Below the pieces are notes generated by a model. The model had not been told where the DNA came from and searched no databases. It saw nothing but the letters and a program-made list of their open reading frames with translations. A stretch of 64,000 bases of DNA from a virus, in the IMG/VR virus record IMGVR_UViG_3300025785_000013, positions 19,478-83,477 of that record. One strand, given 5' to 3'. Position numbers and translations under genes: made by a program. The first letter of the stretch is position 1. Each line of letters begins with the position of its first letter. Of the stretch, positions 49,170 to 59,239 are shown piece by piece.

Positions 49170-50414
49170 ATGAACTTCCCGACCTACGAGAATCCGACGA
49201 ACTACCCAGCGCAGTCGGTTGTAGATTCGACTGATTTCGCAGCGATTACGGCAGGTTCAGCACTTACCGGTGTCATCTCCGGGTGCGCCGTGACCCCAAG
49301 TTCAGGGATGACCGTCGGGATTGCGAGTGGTGTAATCGCCATCGCAGGTTCTTCCTACTCGGCCAACTCCGGCACGGTAGTGGTTTCAGCAGCCAGTACC
49401 GGTGACCGACGAGACATCGTGTACGCCACTTGGAGTGGCTCGGCAGTTGTCTACAACTATCTTGCTGGAAACGCCTCAACCACGGCGAATTGGCAGTTCA
49501 CGAACGATTCGGCAGCCCCGATTAAGCCGAACCTGCCTGCCAACGCAGTGCTGCTCGCTGAAATCTACGTCGAAGGCACGAACGCCACGCCCACGACAAG
49601 CATCACCACCAACGAGATTTTGGATAAGCGAGTTATTGTCAGCCTCGCCGTGACCGGGCAGACCGACATCTTTACTGGAACGCTGCCACCGGGCAACACG
49701 TTGATGCTCTGGCTCAACACGGCTGCTGCTGGAAACGGAACTCAGGGGCCAACAGGCCCGGCTCCGACTGCAACAATTGGAACCGTCACCGGTACTGGCC
49801 CAACGGGAAGTCCGTCAGTCTCCGTCTCCCAGACCGGCAACACGTTTGCGCTGAGTTTTGTACTTCAGCAAGGAGCCACAGGCTCAACCGGAGCAACTGG
49901 AGCAACCGGCCCAACGGGAGCGACTGGCCCGACAGGAGCAAGCGGAACTAGCCCGACGTGGATGGGTGCAGTGTTTTCAGTAAGTGGCGCAACTGCTGGC
50001 GCAACGCAAACTGCCGGTTTGAATGGCACGACGCTTTCTTGGCTCACTGGTTCCACCACTGCATACAACTACACGGGAACCATTTCTGTTGATGGGACTG
50101 GAACGGTCTTCACCGTGAATACAACTGGCATCTACAGAATTTCCACCTATTGGGTTGCAACTGGACAGGTCAATACCAACTTCAACGCCAAAGTTATTGG
50201 GAGTAATGGCCCAAACCTCGCTTCTACCCTCGTTACCAACTCTGGCTACACGACAACGCAATCAGATTCCTACACGCAGAAGTTGACTGCTGGAAACACC
50301 TTTTCCGTCACTTACGTTGTCGGCAACACGGCACTGAAATTGTCTACTGCTGGTGGTGTCGCGTTTATCAACGGTTCGCAAATATTGTTTGAATACCTGA
50401 GCGCAAACATCTAG
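49170..50414 (+). CDS. fibre/structural protein with collagen-like segment
   Basis: [16 protein letters not shown]...RRDIV...LLAEIYV...I.DKR N-terminal domain; GPT/GAT triplets. Confidence 0.75.
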   Translation: MNFPTYENPTNYPAQSVVDSTDFAAITAGSALTGVISGCAVTPSSGMTVGIASGVIAIAGSSYSANSGTVVVSAASTGDRRDIVYATWSGSAVVYNYLAGNASTTANWQFTNDSAAPIKPNLPANAVLLAEIYVEGTNATPTTSITTNEILDKRVIVSLAVTGQTDIFTGTLPPGNTLMLWLNTAAAGNGTQGPTGPAPTATIGTVTGTGPTGSPSVSVSQTGNTFALSFVLQQGATGSTGATGATGPTGATGPTGASGTSPTWMGAVFSVSGATAGATQTAGLNGTTLSWLTGSTTAYNYTGTISVDGTGTVFTVNTTGIYRISTYWVATGQVNTNFNAKVIGSNGPNLASTLVTNSGYTTTQSDSYTQKLTAGNTFSVTYVVGNTALKLSTAGGVAFINGSQILFEYLSANI

Positions 50415-50421
50415 GCCCAGA

Positions 50422-51195
50422 ATGACCCAACTCGCTTACTTTTCACTAGCAGCAACCGTGACGACAGGCAACCCGACAGGACTTGTCGTGCCGGTCAGCA
50501 GCACATCAGGTCTTGCTATTTCGATGTCGGTCATTGCTTCTGGGGTCAACACGACAATTTCCAGCATTGGAACTGGCACCATCACGGTTGGCAGTACGTC
50601 GAACATCACCAACGGCTTGTCGCTAACGATTGGAACGTGGGTCACAGCAGTTGTCGGAGCGCAGGGTGCGACTGGGGCTACTGGGCCTCAGGGGGCAACT
50701 GGTTCCACCGGCCCTCAGGGTTCTGTCGGCCCAGCAGCGACGTTTTCAATTGGAACAGTTTTCAGCACCGGCCCGACAGGAACTCCAAGCGTAGGCATCA
50801 CTGGTACATCTGGTTCTTACGCCTTCAACTTCACGCTTCAGCAAGGCCCACAAGGGGCAACTGGGGCATCTGGTGGCCCAATCGGGCCAACCGGCCCAGC
50901 AGGGCCACCGGCAACGACATCTTCGGCAGCAACTCCGGCAGGTTCCACCATTGTCTCGTACAACGCTGGTTCTGGCGTAACGGTGCTATCTACCAACGTC
51001 AATAGGAAGCAATTCACGGCCACCAACATTGACCCCTCCAACACAATTTGGTTAGCCCTTGGTTCTACGGCAGCCACAGGAAGCGGAATACAATTGTATC
51101 CCGGACAGTCGTGGAACACCTACATCTATGGTGGAACTATCTCGGCCATCACGCTCAGTGGTTCAACTGCGATGTTGACGTTCGTGGAGGTCTAA
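50422..51195 (+). CDS. collagen-like fibre protein with shared C-terminal domain
   Basis: [13 protein letters not shown] repeats; C-terminal NRKQ...N...IWL..G...GIQLYPG. Confidence 0.75.
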   Translation: MTQLAYFSLAATVTTGNPTGLVVPVSSTSGLAISMSVIASGVNTTISSIGTGTITVGSTSNITNGLSLTIGTWVTAVVGAQGATGATGPQGATGSTGPQGSVGPAATFSIGTVFSTGPTGTPSVGITGTSGSYAFNFTLQQGPQGATGASGGPIGPTGPAGPPATTSSAATPAGSTIVSYNAGSGVTVLSTNVNRKQFTATNIDPSNTIWLALGSTAATGSGIQLYPGQSWNTYIYGGTISAITLSGSTAMLTFVEV

Positions 51196-51473
51196 TGGCT
51201 GCGATTTCAGTATTGTTCCCGACCTACCAATCAGTTCTTGTCGTTCCTGCAAACTCCAGTCGAAAGCAATTGGTTCTGCAAAACGTCAGCACCACGGGAA
51301 ACGTCATTTACTTGGGTTACGGTGCAAGCGGTTCGACTGCTCCTGCAACTTTACGCCAAGGGGTGCGCCTTAATCCAAATGGTGGAATCTTCGTGACTGC
51401 CGCGACGGGTTGGTTCACGGCAGTTTCGACCACTGCTCCCGGCAATGGACTTCTTGTGGGTTGGGAACTATGA
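51195..51473 (+). CDS. small stand-alone paralog of the shared C-terminal domain
   Basis: MAAISVLF...NSSRKQLVLQN...IYLGYG...GVRLNPNGG. Confidence 0.72.
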   Translation: MAAISVLFPTYQSVLVVPANSSRKQLVLQNVSTTGNVIYLGYGASGSTAPATLRQGVRLNPNGGIFVTAATGWFTAVSTTAPGNGLLVGWEL

Positions 51474-53149
51474 GCGTCACCCTTACAGGCCTCACGCACG
51501 ACTACTACCAAAACGCCATCCTGTCTACGGGAACTTCAGCACCGACTGGCTCTACGGCAACCGGCACGGGCTGGTCGCCAAACGCATTAACGAACGCAAT
51601 GGATGGTGGGTTCAACAATTCCACCAACGACCTTATCGCTCACTGGTCGCTCGGTGACATTTCGACAACGGCAGTCAATTCCAGCACTTACGGTTCGCTT
51701 CTCAACGGAACTTACAATTCAACATACGCAGTAACCTACCAACCCAGTATTCTTCCGGGCAGGCCAAACGACCACTCGGTTTTTGTAACTGCTGGTTCGA
51801 CGGTCTACAACGCTGGTGGTGGAATCGTTGTCGGCAACACAACGACCCTCAGTCGTTATTCTGCTAGCAACCTCGCCATCAACGCTTGGATTCAAGTCAC
51901 AGCATCGCCAACGCCGTACTTCTGTCAGGGAAAAAATGCGACGTTCAGCACCACTGGGGGCGTAACTACTGCTGCCGTTTCAACTTCCGACCTTGGTGGT
52001 GGAAACACCGGTTCGGGTTTTGGAGTTGGGAAGTTGTACAACTACGTCAACAACTACTCCCCTACTCAACCGACGAACTGGGTTCAAATTACTGGTGCTG
52101 GAATCCCACCCGGAACTGGCATTTCTAATGTCTCCGTATCCGGTTCGACCACTTACCTCACTCTTACCAACGTTGTCAACGTGTCAAGTTCCAGTGTGGA
52201 CGTGTCCGTCGCAGACCGTTCGCTTTCATTTGGTCGAATCCTCAACAAGGGCGGCGAGTACGAAGTAATTTTCCAAAACACCAACACTCAGAATTACTTG
52301 GTGCAGGTTTTTTCGCAAATTCTTGACCCGTCAAATTTCTTTTCTTCGCTCAACGATTCGGTGTCGCAGAACGACACCTATATGGTCACGGTCAACGTAA
52401 ATGTGATTTTCCCAAGTGGGCAAGCCGAATTGACGGTCTGGGCTAACGGAGTTCAGATTTATTCATATGTTGGCACGTTGGCGAGCGAAGCCGGTCACCA
52501 ATCAACAAACCTGTCGCTTTTCACTGCGCCGACGAACAACCCGACGAACAATCTTTTCAACATCTTTGCAGGATATTTGCAACACGTTAGTTTGGGAATG
52601 TCGCAGACCCCTTACGCCACCGGCCTCAACCAAACATACATTCAGCACCTCTACGTTTTAGGCACTCAGGGGGATTTGTACTACGACCCCAGCAACCCTC
52701 AATACCGCTTCCCGGCCATCGTTGATGGCTCCAACAATTACATTTCAGCACCGAAAAGTGCGTATGCCTACCCGTGGGAAACGACACTTTGTCCGGCAAA
52801 TCCAAAGCGCAGAAACATCACCATCGTCAACGACAGCCCAGTCAACGTGTTCTTGGGCCTCTGCTACACCGACTGCACAATTGCTGGCTTGGAAAGTGGG
52901 AACACAAATCCCCTTCGGATTTCACTGGCGATTGGAAATGATGGCAACACCTACAACTACCGACCTCAAATTGGAAACGGTGGGTTTAATGCTGGTGGAA
53001 ATTTGCCCAGAATTTACGGCTCCGGTATTTACTTGGCTCCAAATGGGGGGAGTTGGTCAAGTGCCTATTATCAAGGCCCGATTTCGGCCATCACCGACCA
53101 GTACGCTGGTTACTACAACTTGACGATTATGGAAGACGTGTCTTCATAA
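51470..53149 (+). CDS. LamG/concanavalin-like adhesin with shared C-terminal domain
   Basis: LIAHWSLGD...A.NSS...NGTY...INAWI...ILNKG...VWANG...IQHLY. Confidence 0.7.
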   Translation: MSVTLTGLTHDYYQNAILSTGTSAPTGSTATGTGWSPNALTNAMDGGFNNSTNDLIAHWSLGDISTTAVNSSTYGSLLNGTYNSTYAVTYQPSILPGRPNDHSVFVTAGSTVYNAGGGIVVGNTTTLSRYSASNLAINAWIQVTASPTPYFCQGKNATFSTTGGVTTAAVSTSDLGGGNTGSGFGVGKLYNYVNNYSPTQPTNWVQITGAGIPPGTGISNVSVSGSTTYLTLTNVVNVSSSSVDVSVADRSLSFGRILNKGGEYEVIFQNTNTQNYLVQVFSQILDPSNFFSSLNDSVSQNDTYMVTVNVNVIFPSGQAELTVWANGVQIYSYVGTLASEAGHQSTNLSLFTAPTNNPTNNLFNIFAGYLQHVSLGMSQTPYATGLNQTYIQHLYVLGTQGDLYYDPSNPQYRFPAIVDGSNNYISAPKSAYAYPWETTLCPANPKRRNITIVNDSPVNVFLGLCYTDCTIAGLESGNTNPLRISLAIGNDGNTYNYRPQIGNGGFNAGGNLPRIYGSGIYLAPNGGSWSSAYYQGPISAITDQYAGYYNLTIMEDVSS

Positions 53150-55476
53150 TGCAGATGATTGGCGTTTTGACAACCGGTGCGACGAACAGCACCATTACGC
53201 TTACCGGTAGTCCTTTATCCCCGTGGGTGTTCAATGGTTCCACCACGCCACTGAGCGCAGACCAGATGGCCTTGGTTCAGGTGTTTGGATTTACCCAAAA
53301 CGGTTCTGGTTCTGGGGCAACGTACACCCAAGTCATCAGCACCGTCGCCAGCAACGAATCTGTGGCATCGTCCACCATTGCTAATCTTGCCAGCGTCAAT
53401 TCTGCGTACTCGTTTTCAGTGACGGGTCAATGGCCAGCAGGCGCAAGTATTGGAACAGTAACGACGCAAGTGCAAATCGTGCTTTCAGCACCATTGTGGG
53501 ATATGGCTGGGACTATGAACCCCGGCAGTAATTCGGGGCCGCCCTATGCTTCGACGGCAAGCCCAATTTGGTACAACTCTGCTGGAAAGCCCCCGTACAA
53601 GTTGCCGAATACGTCAACGAACAAGGCAGCCTTGACATTGACGGGGATTTCTGCAAGTGGCACGTCGTTTTCGCTGACGAGGCTCGCCGGGGCATCTGCT
53701 CAATACTCATCAGGTTTTGGTTTTGCTGTAGGACAACCAGTTTTTGGTGGAAACGCCCTTAACGGGACAGCCATTCCTTTCCTTTCGGATGGAAGCAGTG
53801 GAGCAAGCACGAGTACTGCGCCACCAACGGTTATTACAAGCGTCAATCAGGCAGCGCAAACTTTCACCACGAATTGGAACGGCTACTACCAAGGGACGTT
53901 GCAATCAACACCAACGCTGTACTTCAATGTCCAAAGCCATAACGTCGGAGCCGGGTGGTACGGTGCTGACGGTGGAGTGACGATGGACTTAGGGCCGATG
54001 GGAGTTCCTAACGCCACCATTTACCTTTGGAAAGACACTGACTGGTCTTCGTACCCAGCAACAGACATCAACCCATCTAGGAATCAGCAGGCAAACTACG
54101 TTCACTCAACGCTGACATTGCAAACCGGTTCTTACGACCCGAACTATGCAGCGTCGCAAGAATTTGGTGGAAACTCCAACTACCAATTCGGCTTTTACGC
54201 CCGTGAGGGTCGGGACACTTCTGCTCCTTCTGAATACATTCCACCACACTTGTCAGGAACGTTTACGACCCCAGACGGCCCGTACGTTGTCGCTGGCGAT
54301 TACATCTACATCGGAGGTGGAGCAAAGTTTATGGATTGCGCCACTGCAAACCGTGGCCAACTAATGCAGGTGTCGAACGTCATCAACACAAGTGGTTTCA
54401 CCACAATTGGAACGGCAACCTGTACGTTGACTGCCGGGAGCAGGACTGTTCAAGTTTCCAACCCGTCGCTTCTTGGAAGCACCATCCAAAAGAACTACCG
54501 TATCTACGGCACCGGAATCACCTACTCAACCATTGTTGACGTTCTCAACGTCACTGCATCTCCCATTGCTGCTGCTGGAACCTTTCAAATGAATCTTCCA
54601 GCCACAACGAGTACGACAACGACGCTGACGTTCTACACGGCAGCGTTGAACCATCCAAGAGATTGGATTTGGACAACACTCCAAGAGCCATCGAACTATT
54701 TCACCAACCAACTCCTTGCTCCTGATGTGAGCAATATGCAATTTTTTGTTGCAGCAGGATTGGGAAGTGTTACTGCCAGCCCGGAACGCCTTGGTGGGTT
54801 CTCTTTCTACAGCAACCCGAACAACACTTGGGTGAACGGCAGTGGCCAAACGTGTTGTGGTGATGGCTACGTCTATGGGTTGTACGGCCAGTACTGGACA
54901 CGAATTCCCTATACAGACCTTTTCACTGCAAATCCTTTTGGAAATGTTGAGTACTACCTTGGGCCAAACGCGGGAACGTGGACTGGAACACCAGCCAACT
55001 CGTTCGTGTACGTCAACAACGGTTCCACCACAAAGCCGCAAACTTCGGGATGGGTGCATCAAGACGTTGTTCAGAGTGGCGACCAGCAACTGTTCACCCT
55101 GATGTATCCAGTTGGGCCATTCGGTTCTTTTTACGGTGGTGGGGATATGTATTTCACCCAACGCACCCAAGATGGAACTTACGTCGCCATTTCAATGCTG
55201 TCGGCTGGAAGAATTGTCCATATTTCAACTGCACCAAGCCTTATGGGGCCGTGGACTTCGTTCTCCAACGCAAAAATGTGCGCCTACGACTATATGTACC
55301 CTGACACCACAGTGAACTACCGGTACGGTTCGGTCTTCCACAGAGAACTGACGTGGCCGGGGCAGGGTCAAGATGACGTGGTGATTCACTACACGAGGTT
55401 CTGTGGGGCATCGGGGGGTTCAACCAACGACCCAACGGTGTACTGGCCTGTGTTTTGGATTGTCAGTGGCCTATGA
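53149..55476 (+). CDS. large putative receptor-binding protein with beta-propeller-like (DUF4185/DUF5005-like) elements
   Basis: WYGADGG...YLWKDT; DGYVYG; ISTAPSLMGPWT; YWPVF. Confidence 0.55.
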   Translation: MQMIGVLTTGATNSTITLTGSPLSPWVFNGSTTPLSADQMALVQVFGFTQNGSGSGATYTQVISTVASNESVASSTIANLASVNSAYSFSVTGQWPAGASIGTVTTQVQIVLSAPLWDMAGTMNPGSNSGPPYASTASPIWYNSAGKPPYKLPNTSTNKAALTLTGISASGTSFSLTRLAGASAQYSSGFGFAVGQPVFGGNALNGTAIPFLSDGSSGASTSTAPPTVITSVNQAAQTFTTNWNGYYQGTLQSTPTLYFNVQSHNVGAGWYGADGGVTMDLGPMGVPNATIYLWKDTDWSSYPATDINPSRNQQANYVHSTLTLQTGSYDPNYAASQEFGGNSNYQFGFYAREGRDTSAPSEYIPPHLSGTFTTPDGPYVVAGDYIYIGGGAKFMDCATANRGQLMQVSNVINTSGFTTIGTATCTLTAGSRTVQVSNPSLLGSTIQKNYRIYGTGITYSTIVDVLNVTASPIAAAGTFQMNLPATTSTTTTLTFYTAALNHPRDWIWTTLQEPSNYFTNQLLAPDVSNMQFFVAAGLGSVTASPERLGGFSFYSNPNNTWVNGSGQTCCGDGYVYGLYGQYWTRIPYTDLFTANPFGNVEYYLGPNAGTWTGTPANSFVYVNNGSTTKPQTSGWVHQDVVQSGDQQLFTLMYPVGPFGSFYGGGDMYFTQRTQDGTYVAISMLSAGRIVHISTAPSLMGPWTSFSNAKMCAYDYMYPDTTVNYRYGSVFHRELTWPGQGQDDVVIHYTRFCGASGGSTNDPTVYWPVFWIVSGL

Positions 55477-55533
55477 GGTGAAATCCACTACCCCTGTGAC
55501 TGAACCGGTATTCGTGTAGTAGGGTTTCCAAAT

Positions 55534-55677
55534 GTGGAAGAAGTTGATGACCCTACCGACGAGAACGGCTACTGCCCCGTCTGTGGCCCACGCCATTTCT
55601 TTTTGTCCGGCCCTTGGTTTCACCAGCAACACATAGAAGAAGCCAAGAAGCGACATCCATCCAATCCCCAGCAGTGA
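55534..55677 (+). CDS. small CxxC protein (47 aa)
   Basis: Own translation: MEEVDDPTDENGYCPVCGPRHF... Confidence 0.5.
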   Translation: MEEVDDPTDENGYCPVCGPRHFFLSGPWFHQQHIEEAKKRHPSNPQQ

Positions 55678-55702
55678 AATCCCTTTACCCCCTAGGAGAA
55701 CA

Positions 55703-55966
55703 ATGACTGAACCCGTGACCCCACTCCCCGAACGCCAGCCGATGGATGAAGGCTTTTCAGCAGAGGTCGCTGCACTTCTGAGCCACATCAAGGATGTCTG
55801 CAAGCAGATGCGTGAACACGAGAAGGCAGTTATTTCACTGGGCGTAGAGCGTCGCCAGACCGTCACCCGTCTCCGCGAACACGGCGTGACGTGGCGCAAG
55901 ATTGCTGAATGGGCAGGCACGACTGACCAAGCCCTGTACAAGCACCACAACCGGGAAACTAAGTAA
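55703..55966 (+). CDS. helix-turn-helix DNA-binding protein
   Basis: RLREHGVTWRKIAEWAGTTDQALYK; AGGAG RBS. Confidence 0.8.
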   Translation: MTEPVTPLPERQPMDEGFSAEVAALLSHIKDVCKQMREHEKAVISLGVERRQTVTRLREHGVTWRKIAEWAGTTDQALYKHHNRETK

Positions 55967-56004
55967 TACTTGTAGTTGTCACAACCCTATGCTAAAGTGG
56001 GGTT

Positions 56005-58956
56005 ATGCCGACAAGTGAGTTGCTAGCCAAGGCTGTCCAGTATCTCGCTGCCAACTGCGATGGTGCGGTTCAGCAAGATGCCAAGGGGTTCAATGGCCCC
56101 GACAGTCGGTTCGGTAAGGCACTCGCAGCAATCTCCCCTGAAGCGTGGAGCGAAGGTTCCCAGCGTGAAGCGTGGGAGATGCTTTCCAAGTACCGAGGCC
56201 AACTTGCTAGTGGTGGAATTGACTACGACGCTATTCCTGAGCCGTCAAAGGTCAAGGGCCAGAAGTTTGTCCGTGCCGTTGACGTAAAGGCTGGCAAGAT
56301 TCTCGTCTTCCTGCCGTATGGTGATTCGGCGTATCCCAAGGGTGCGCTCAACGCTATGTGGAACCGTGAACTGCGAGGTTGGCAGGTTTCGGTCAGCAAG
56401 TACGGCTCGGTGCTGGACTGGGCGAAGCAGAACAACGTCCCGGTCACGGAGCGAGCCAAGGCGTTGCTGGAAAGTGCGCCCAAGCCAGAACACCCCGACT
56501 ACATCGGTAAGGCAGTATTCCGCAACGGCGAAATCGTGATGGCGTTTGACTACAACCCATCGCTCGTAGATGCTGTGCGCTCAATTCCGGGTCGTAGGTG
56601 GAATGGCGTAGACAAGACGTGGGTTGTCCCCAAGGAGACGGTCAGCATCGTTCGCAAACTGGCGAGCGACTACAACATTGAACTGTCCAAGGGCGTGTTG
56701 GAACTGCCTGAGGTAGAAATCACCACCGGGCCAAAGATTTCGGTTCAAGGCCGGGACTTCGCTATCTCGTTCACCTACGACGCTCAACTGCTCAGCGCAG
56801 TGCGCCAGATGCCGGGTTCGTCGTGGTCACCAGCATTACGGACTTGGGTTGTCCCCATCGAATCCGTAGACGAAGTGCTGAAATTCTCCAAGGAGTTTAA
56901 CGCTGCAATGTCCCCTGAGGCAGTGCGCCTCGTTGACGAAGCCAGCATCGTACAAGAAATCATTGAAGCCTCGGCTGCCAAAGATGCCCAAATCACCATC
57001 AAGGGATTCGGCAGTGAAACACTGCAACTGTTTCCGTTCCAACGTGCCGGGGTTGCCTATGCACTGCGAGCAATGGGATGGGAACACACCAGCGAAGGCG
57101 TGTGGGAGCGCACGAAGAACACCGGTGAAGGTGGGGTCATCGTTGGTGATGAAATGGGCCTCGGCAAGACCTGTCAGGGCCTTGGAATTTTGCAAGCCAC
57201 CCAATCGTTTCCAGCAGTCATTATCTGCCCGGCAAGCCTGAAATTCAACTGGGAGCGTGAAGCCCACAACTGGTTAGGAGAGGCCGGAACCGTCATCCTT
57301 GAAGGAACCACGAAGCCTAATCTCCGCCTGAGCCTGCCTCGCTCGGTCTTTCTTGATGAGCAAGTAAGGTTCCAACTTTTCAGAAAGATACAAGACATCA
57401 AGTTGACGAGCGACGACCCAACCGTATTGAGTTCGCTTCGTAGGGAAGCGCGGCTCCTTGACGAACGTGCGAACATAACTGCGACCACCAAAACTGGAAA
57501 GCCAGTCCATCAAACCCTTGTCAGTGTTGTAAACGACAATAGTCCAAGCCTTGCCGGATTTGGAAATGCTTCCCTCGCCATCAACGATTCCAGCGATGTA
57601 TCCGAGTTGGGCAATATCGTCCGGCAGGTTCAGGGTGCGACCCTCAAATCGCCTATTTCTCGGCTTGGGGTTGGCGAAGTTGTCCAGTCGCTTTTGGAAA
57701 GCAGCGACATTGTGGACGTATCCGGGGAAGTCCTTGACGATTTCGTTGATGTTGTCGCCTCGTTCTCGTCTGGCGACGGCGTTGGCGAGTTCATCAGTGC
57801 TGTATCTAATGCTCATCCCATCATTATAATCTGCAACTACGACATTCTGACCCACTGGGTAGAGCGTTTCACCTCAGTGAAGGGCATCGTGCTAGACGAG
57901 AGCCACTACGTCAAGAACGGCGCAGCCCAGCGTTCCAAGGCAGCCATCAAGTTGTCCGACAAAGTGGTGGAAAACGGCGTTCGTGTTTGCCTGTCCGGTA
58001 CGCCTATCGTCAACCAGCCGTTGGAACTGATGACCCAACTTCGCATCGTTCACCGACTGGATGACTTTGGTGGTGCATCGTCATTCCGCAACGTCTACGG
58101 CAGAGCCAGTGCGAAAAGCCTCGCATCCCTCAATCGCAAACTGCGCTCAATGTGTTATGTCCGGCGCAGGAAGGCTGACGTGCTGACCGAACTGCCACCA
58201 AAGCGTTGGAGCAGCGTGGTGGTGGAAGGCGACGCAGCCGTGATGAAGGAATACAAAAAGGCAGAAGCCGATATTGTGAAATACCTTTCACAACTTGCAA
58301 TGCAGTTTGCCTTGGAATCCGGGGCAAGTTCAGAGGAAGCCCGCAAAGAGGCGTGGATGAAGGCACTCCGAGCCAGAGCAGCAGAGCAACTGGTCGCAAT
58401 CAGCACCCTGAAGCAACTGGCAGCGAAGGCCAAGATGAAGGTCGCCAAGCAGTGGGTAGAAGACTTTCTCGCCAACGACAAGAAACTCGTGGTGTTCGGA
58501 TGGCATCGCACTGTGGTGGATGACATTGCCGTCAACTTCGCCAATGGGGTCAAGATTCAAGGTGGAATCTCGTCAGAGAAGCGTCAAGAAGCCGTTGACC
58601 TTTTCCAAAACTCCGACGAACAAAAAGTCATCGCTTGCAACATCAAAGCAGCCGGAGTGGGACTGACCCTCACGGCAGCGAGCGACGTGCTGTTCATCGA
58701 ACAGGGGTGGACACCGAGCGATATGGAGCAGGGCGCAGACCGTTGCCACCGTATCGGCCAGAAGGACAGCGTGACCGCTTGGCTAATGCTCACGGCAGAC
58801 ACGATTGACGAAGACATCGCAGCCCTGATTCAGCACAAACGCTCCATCGTGGACAGGGCTATTGACGGCACCGACGAAGATGAAGACGAGGAAGGCTCAA
58901 TCGTTGGTGATTTGCTTGTCAGCCTCGCAGAGCGTGGGTTGCAACAGACTAGTTAA
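56005..58956 (+). CDS. SNF2-family (HARP/SMARCAL1-like) helicase with ~165-aa in-frame insertion
   Basis: GDEMGLGKT, PASLKFNW, LDESH, LSGTPIVN, GVGLTLT, QGADRCHRIGQ; repeated IPGRRWN/MPGSSWS HARP-like N-terminal domains. Confidence 0.92.
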   Translation: MPTSELLAKAVQYLAANCDGAVQQDAKGFNGPDSRFGKALAAISPEAWSEGSQREAWEMLSKYRGQLASGGIDYDAIPEPSKVKGQKFVRAVDVKAGKILVFLPYGDSAYPKGALNAMWNRELRGWQVSVSKYGSVLDWAKQNNVPVTERAKALLESAPKPEHPDYIGKAVFRNGEIVMAFDYNPSLVDAVRSIPGRRWNGVDKTWVVPKETVSIVRKLASDYNIELSKGVLELPEVEITTGPKISVQGRDFAISFTYDAQLLSAVRQMPGSSWSPALRTWVVPIESVDEVLKFSKEFNAAMSPEAVRLVDEASIVQEIIEASAAKDAQITIKGFGSETLQLFPFQRAGVAYALRAMGWEHTSEGVWERTKNTGEGGVIVGDEMGLGKTCQGLGILQATQSFPAVIICPASLKFNWEREAHNWLGEAGTVILEGTTKPNLRLSLPRSVFLDEQVRFQLFRKIQDIKLTSDDPTVLSSLRREARLLDERANITATTKTGKPVHQTLVSVVNDNSPSLAGFGNASLAINDSSDVSELGNIVRQVQGATLKSPISRLGVGEVVQSLLESSDIVDVSGEVLDDFVDVVASFSSGDGVGEFISAVSNAHPIIIICNYDILTHWVERFTSVKGIVLDESHYVKNGAAQRSKAAIKLSDKVVENGVRVCLSGTPIVNQPLELMTQLRIVHRLDDFGGASSFRNVYGRASAKSLASLNRKLRSMCYVRRRKADVLTELPPKRWSSVVVEGDAAVMKEYKKAEADIVKYLSQLAMQFALESGASSEEARKEAWMKALRARAAEQLVAISTLKQLAAKAKMKVAKQWVEDFLANDKKLVVFGWHRTVVDDIAVNFANGVKIQGGISSEKRQEAVDLFQNSDEQKVIACNIKAAGVGLTLTAASDVLFIEQGWTPSDMEQGADRCHRIGQKDSVTAWLMLTADTIDEDIAALIQHKRSIVDRAIDGTDEDEDEEGSIVGDLLVSLAERGLQQTS
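57274..57816 (-). mobile_element. LAGLIDADG homing endonuclease gene nested antisense within the helicase
   Basis: LGYIAGIVDGEGSI, VYNTD..LM.WL...GG, Y.W, L.PYL.IKK.RA; TATAAT 6 nt upstream of ATG 57816. Confidence 0.85.
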
Positions 58957-59207
58957 ATCATTTCTGCTTCAGCAGACAGGTTCTTTGCCTTGGCCGAAGC
59001 GTCGTGGGCCTGCTTGTACAGAACCTTGGCGTTAGCCTCATCACCACTGGCGTAGGCGTGTGCAGCACGTTGCCAGAGTTGGCCAGCCTGAATGTGAGCC
59101 TGAGCAGCCTTTTGGAATCGCTCGCTTGCGAGGTCGCGACCACTCCAGCGGTCGGCCTTGGCGACCCAACGAATCAGGGTATCGCTAGTGAAATCAGACG
59201 CATCCAT
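58953..59207 (-). CDS. small Ala/His-rich helical protein with degenerate tag
   Basis: MDASDFTSDTLIRWVAKA; AAQAH/AAHAY/QAHDA repeats. Confidence 0.7.
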   Translation of the reverse strand: MDASDFTSDTLIRWVAKADRWSGRDLASERFQKAAQAHIQAGQLWQRAAHAYASGDEANAKVLYKQAHDASAKAKNLSAEAEMI

Positions 59208-59239
59208 AGATACCAGAGTATCGCAGGGTGCTGGAATTC

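Noticed and set aside
49170-55476. Diversity-generating retroelement or invertible fibre cassette
   Set aside because: No reverse transcriptase, recombinase, template/variable repeat pair or flanking inverted repeats seen in the window
57319-57819. Intein or group I intron in the helicase
   Set aside because: No intein terminal residues in the helicase frame, the endonuclease is on the opposite strand, and no non-coding space remains for a ribozyme core
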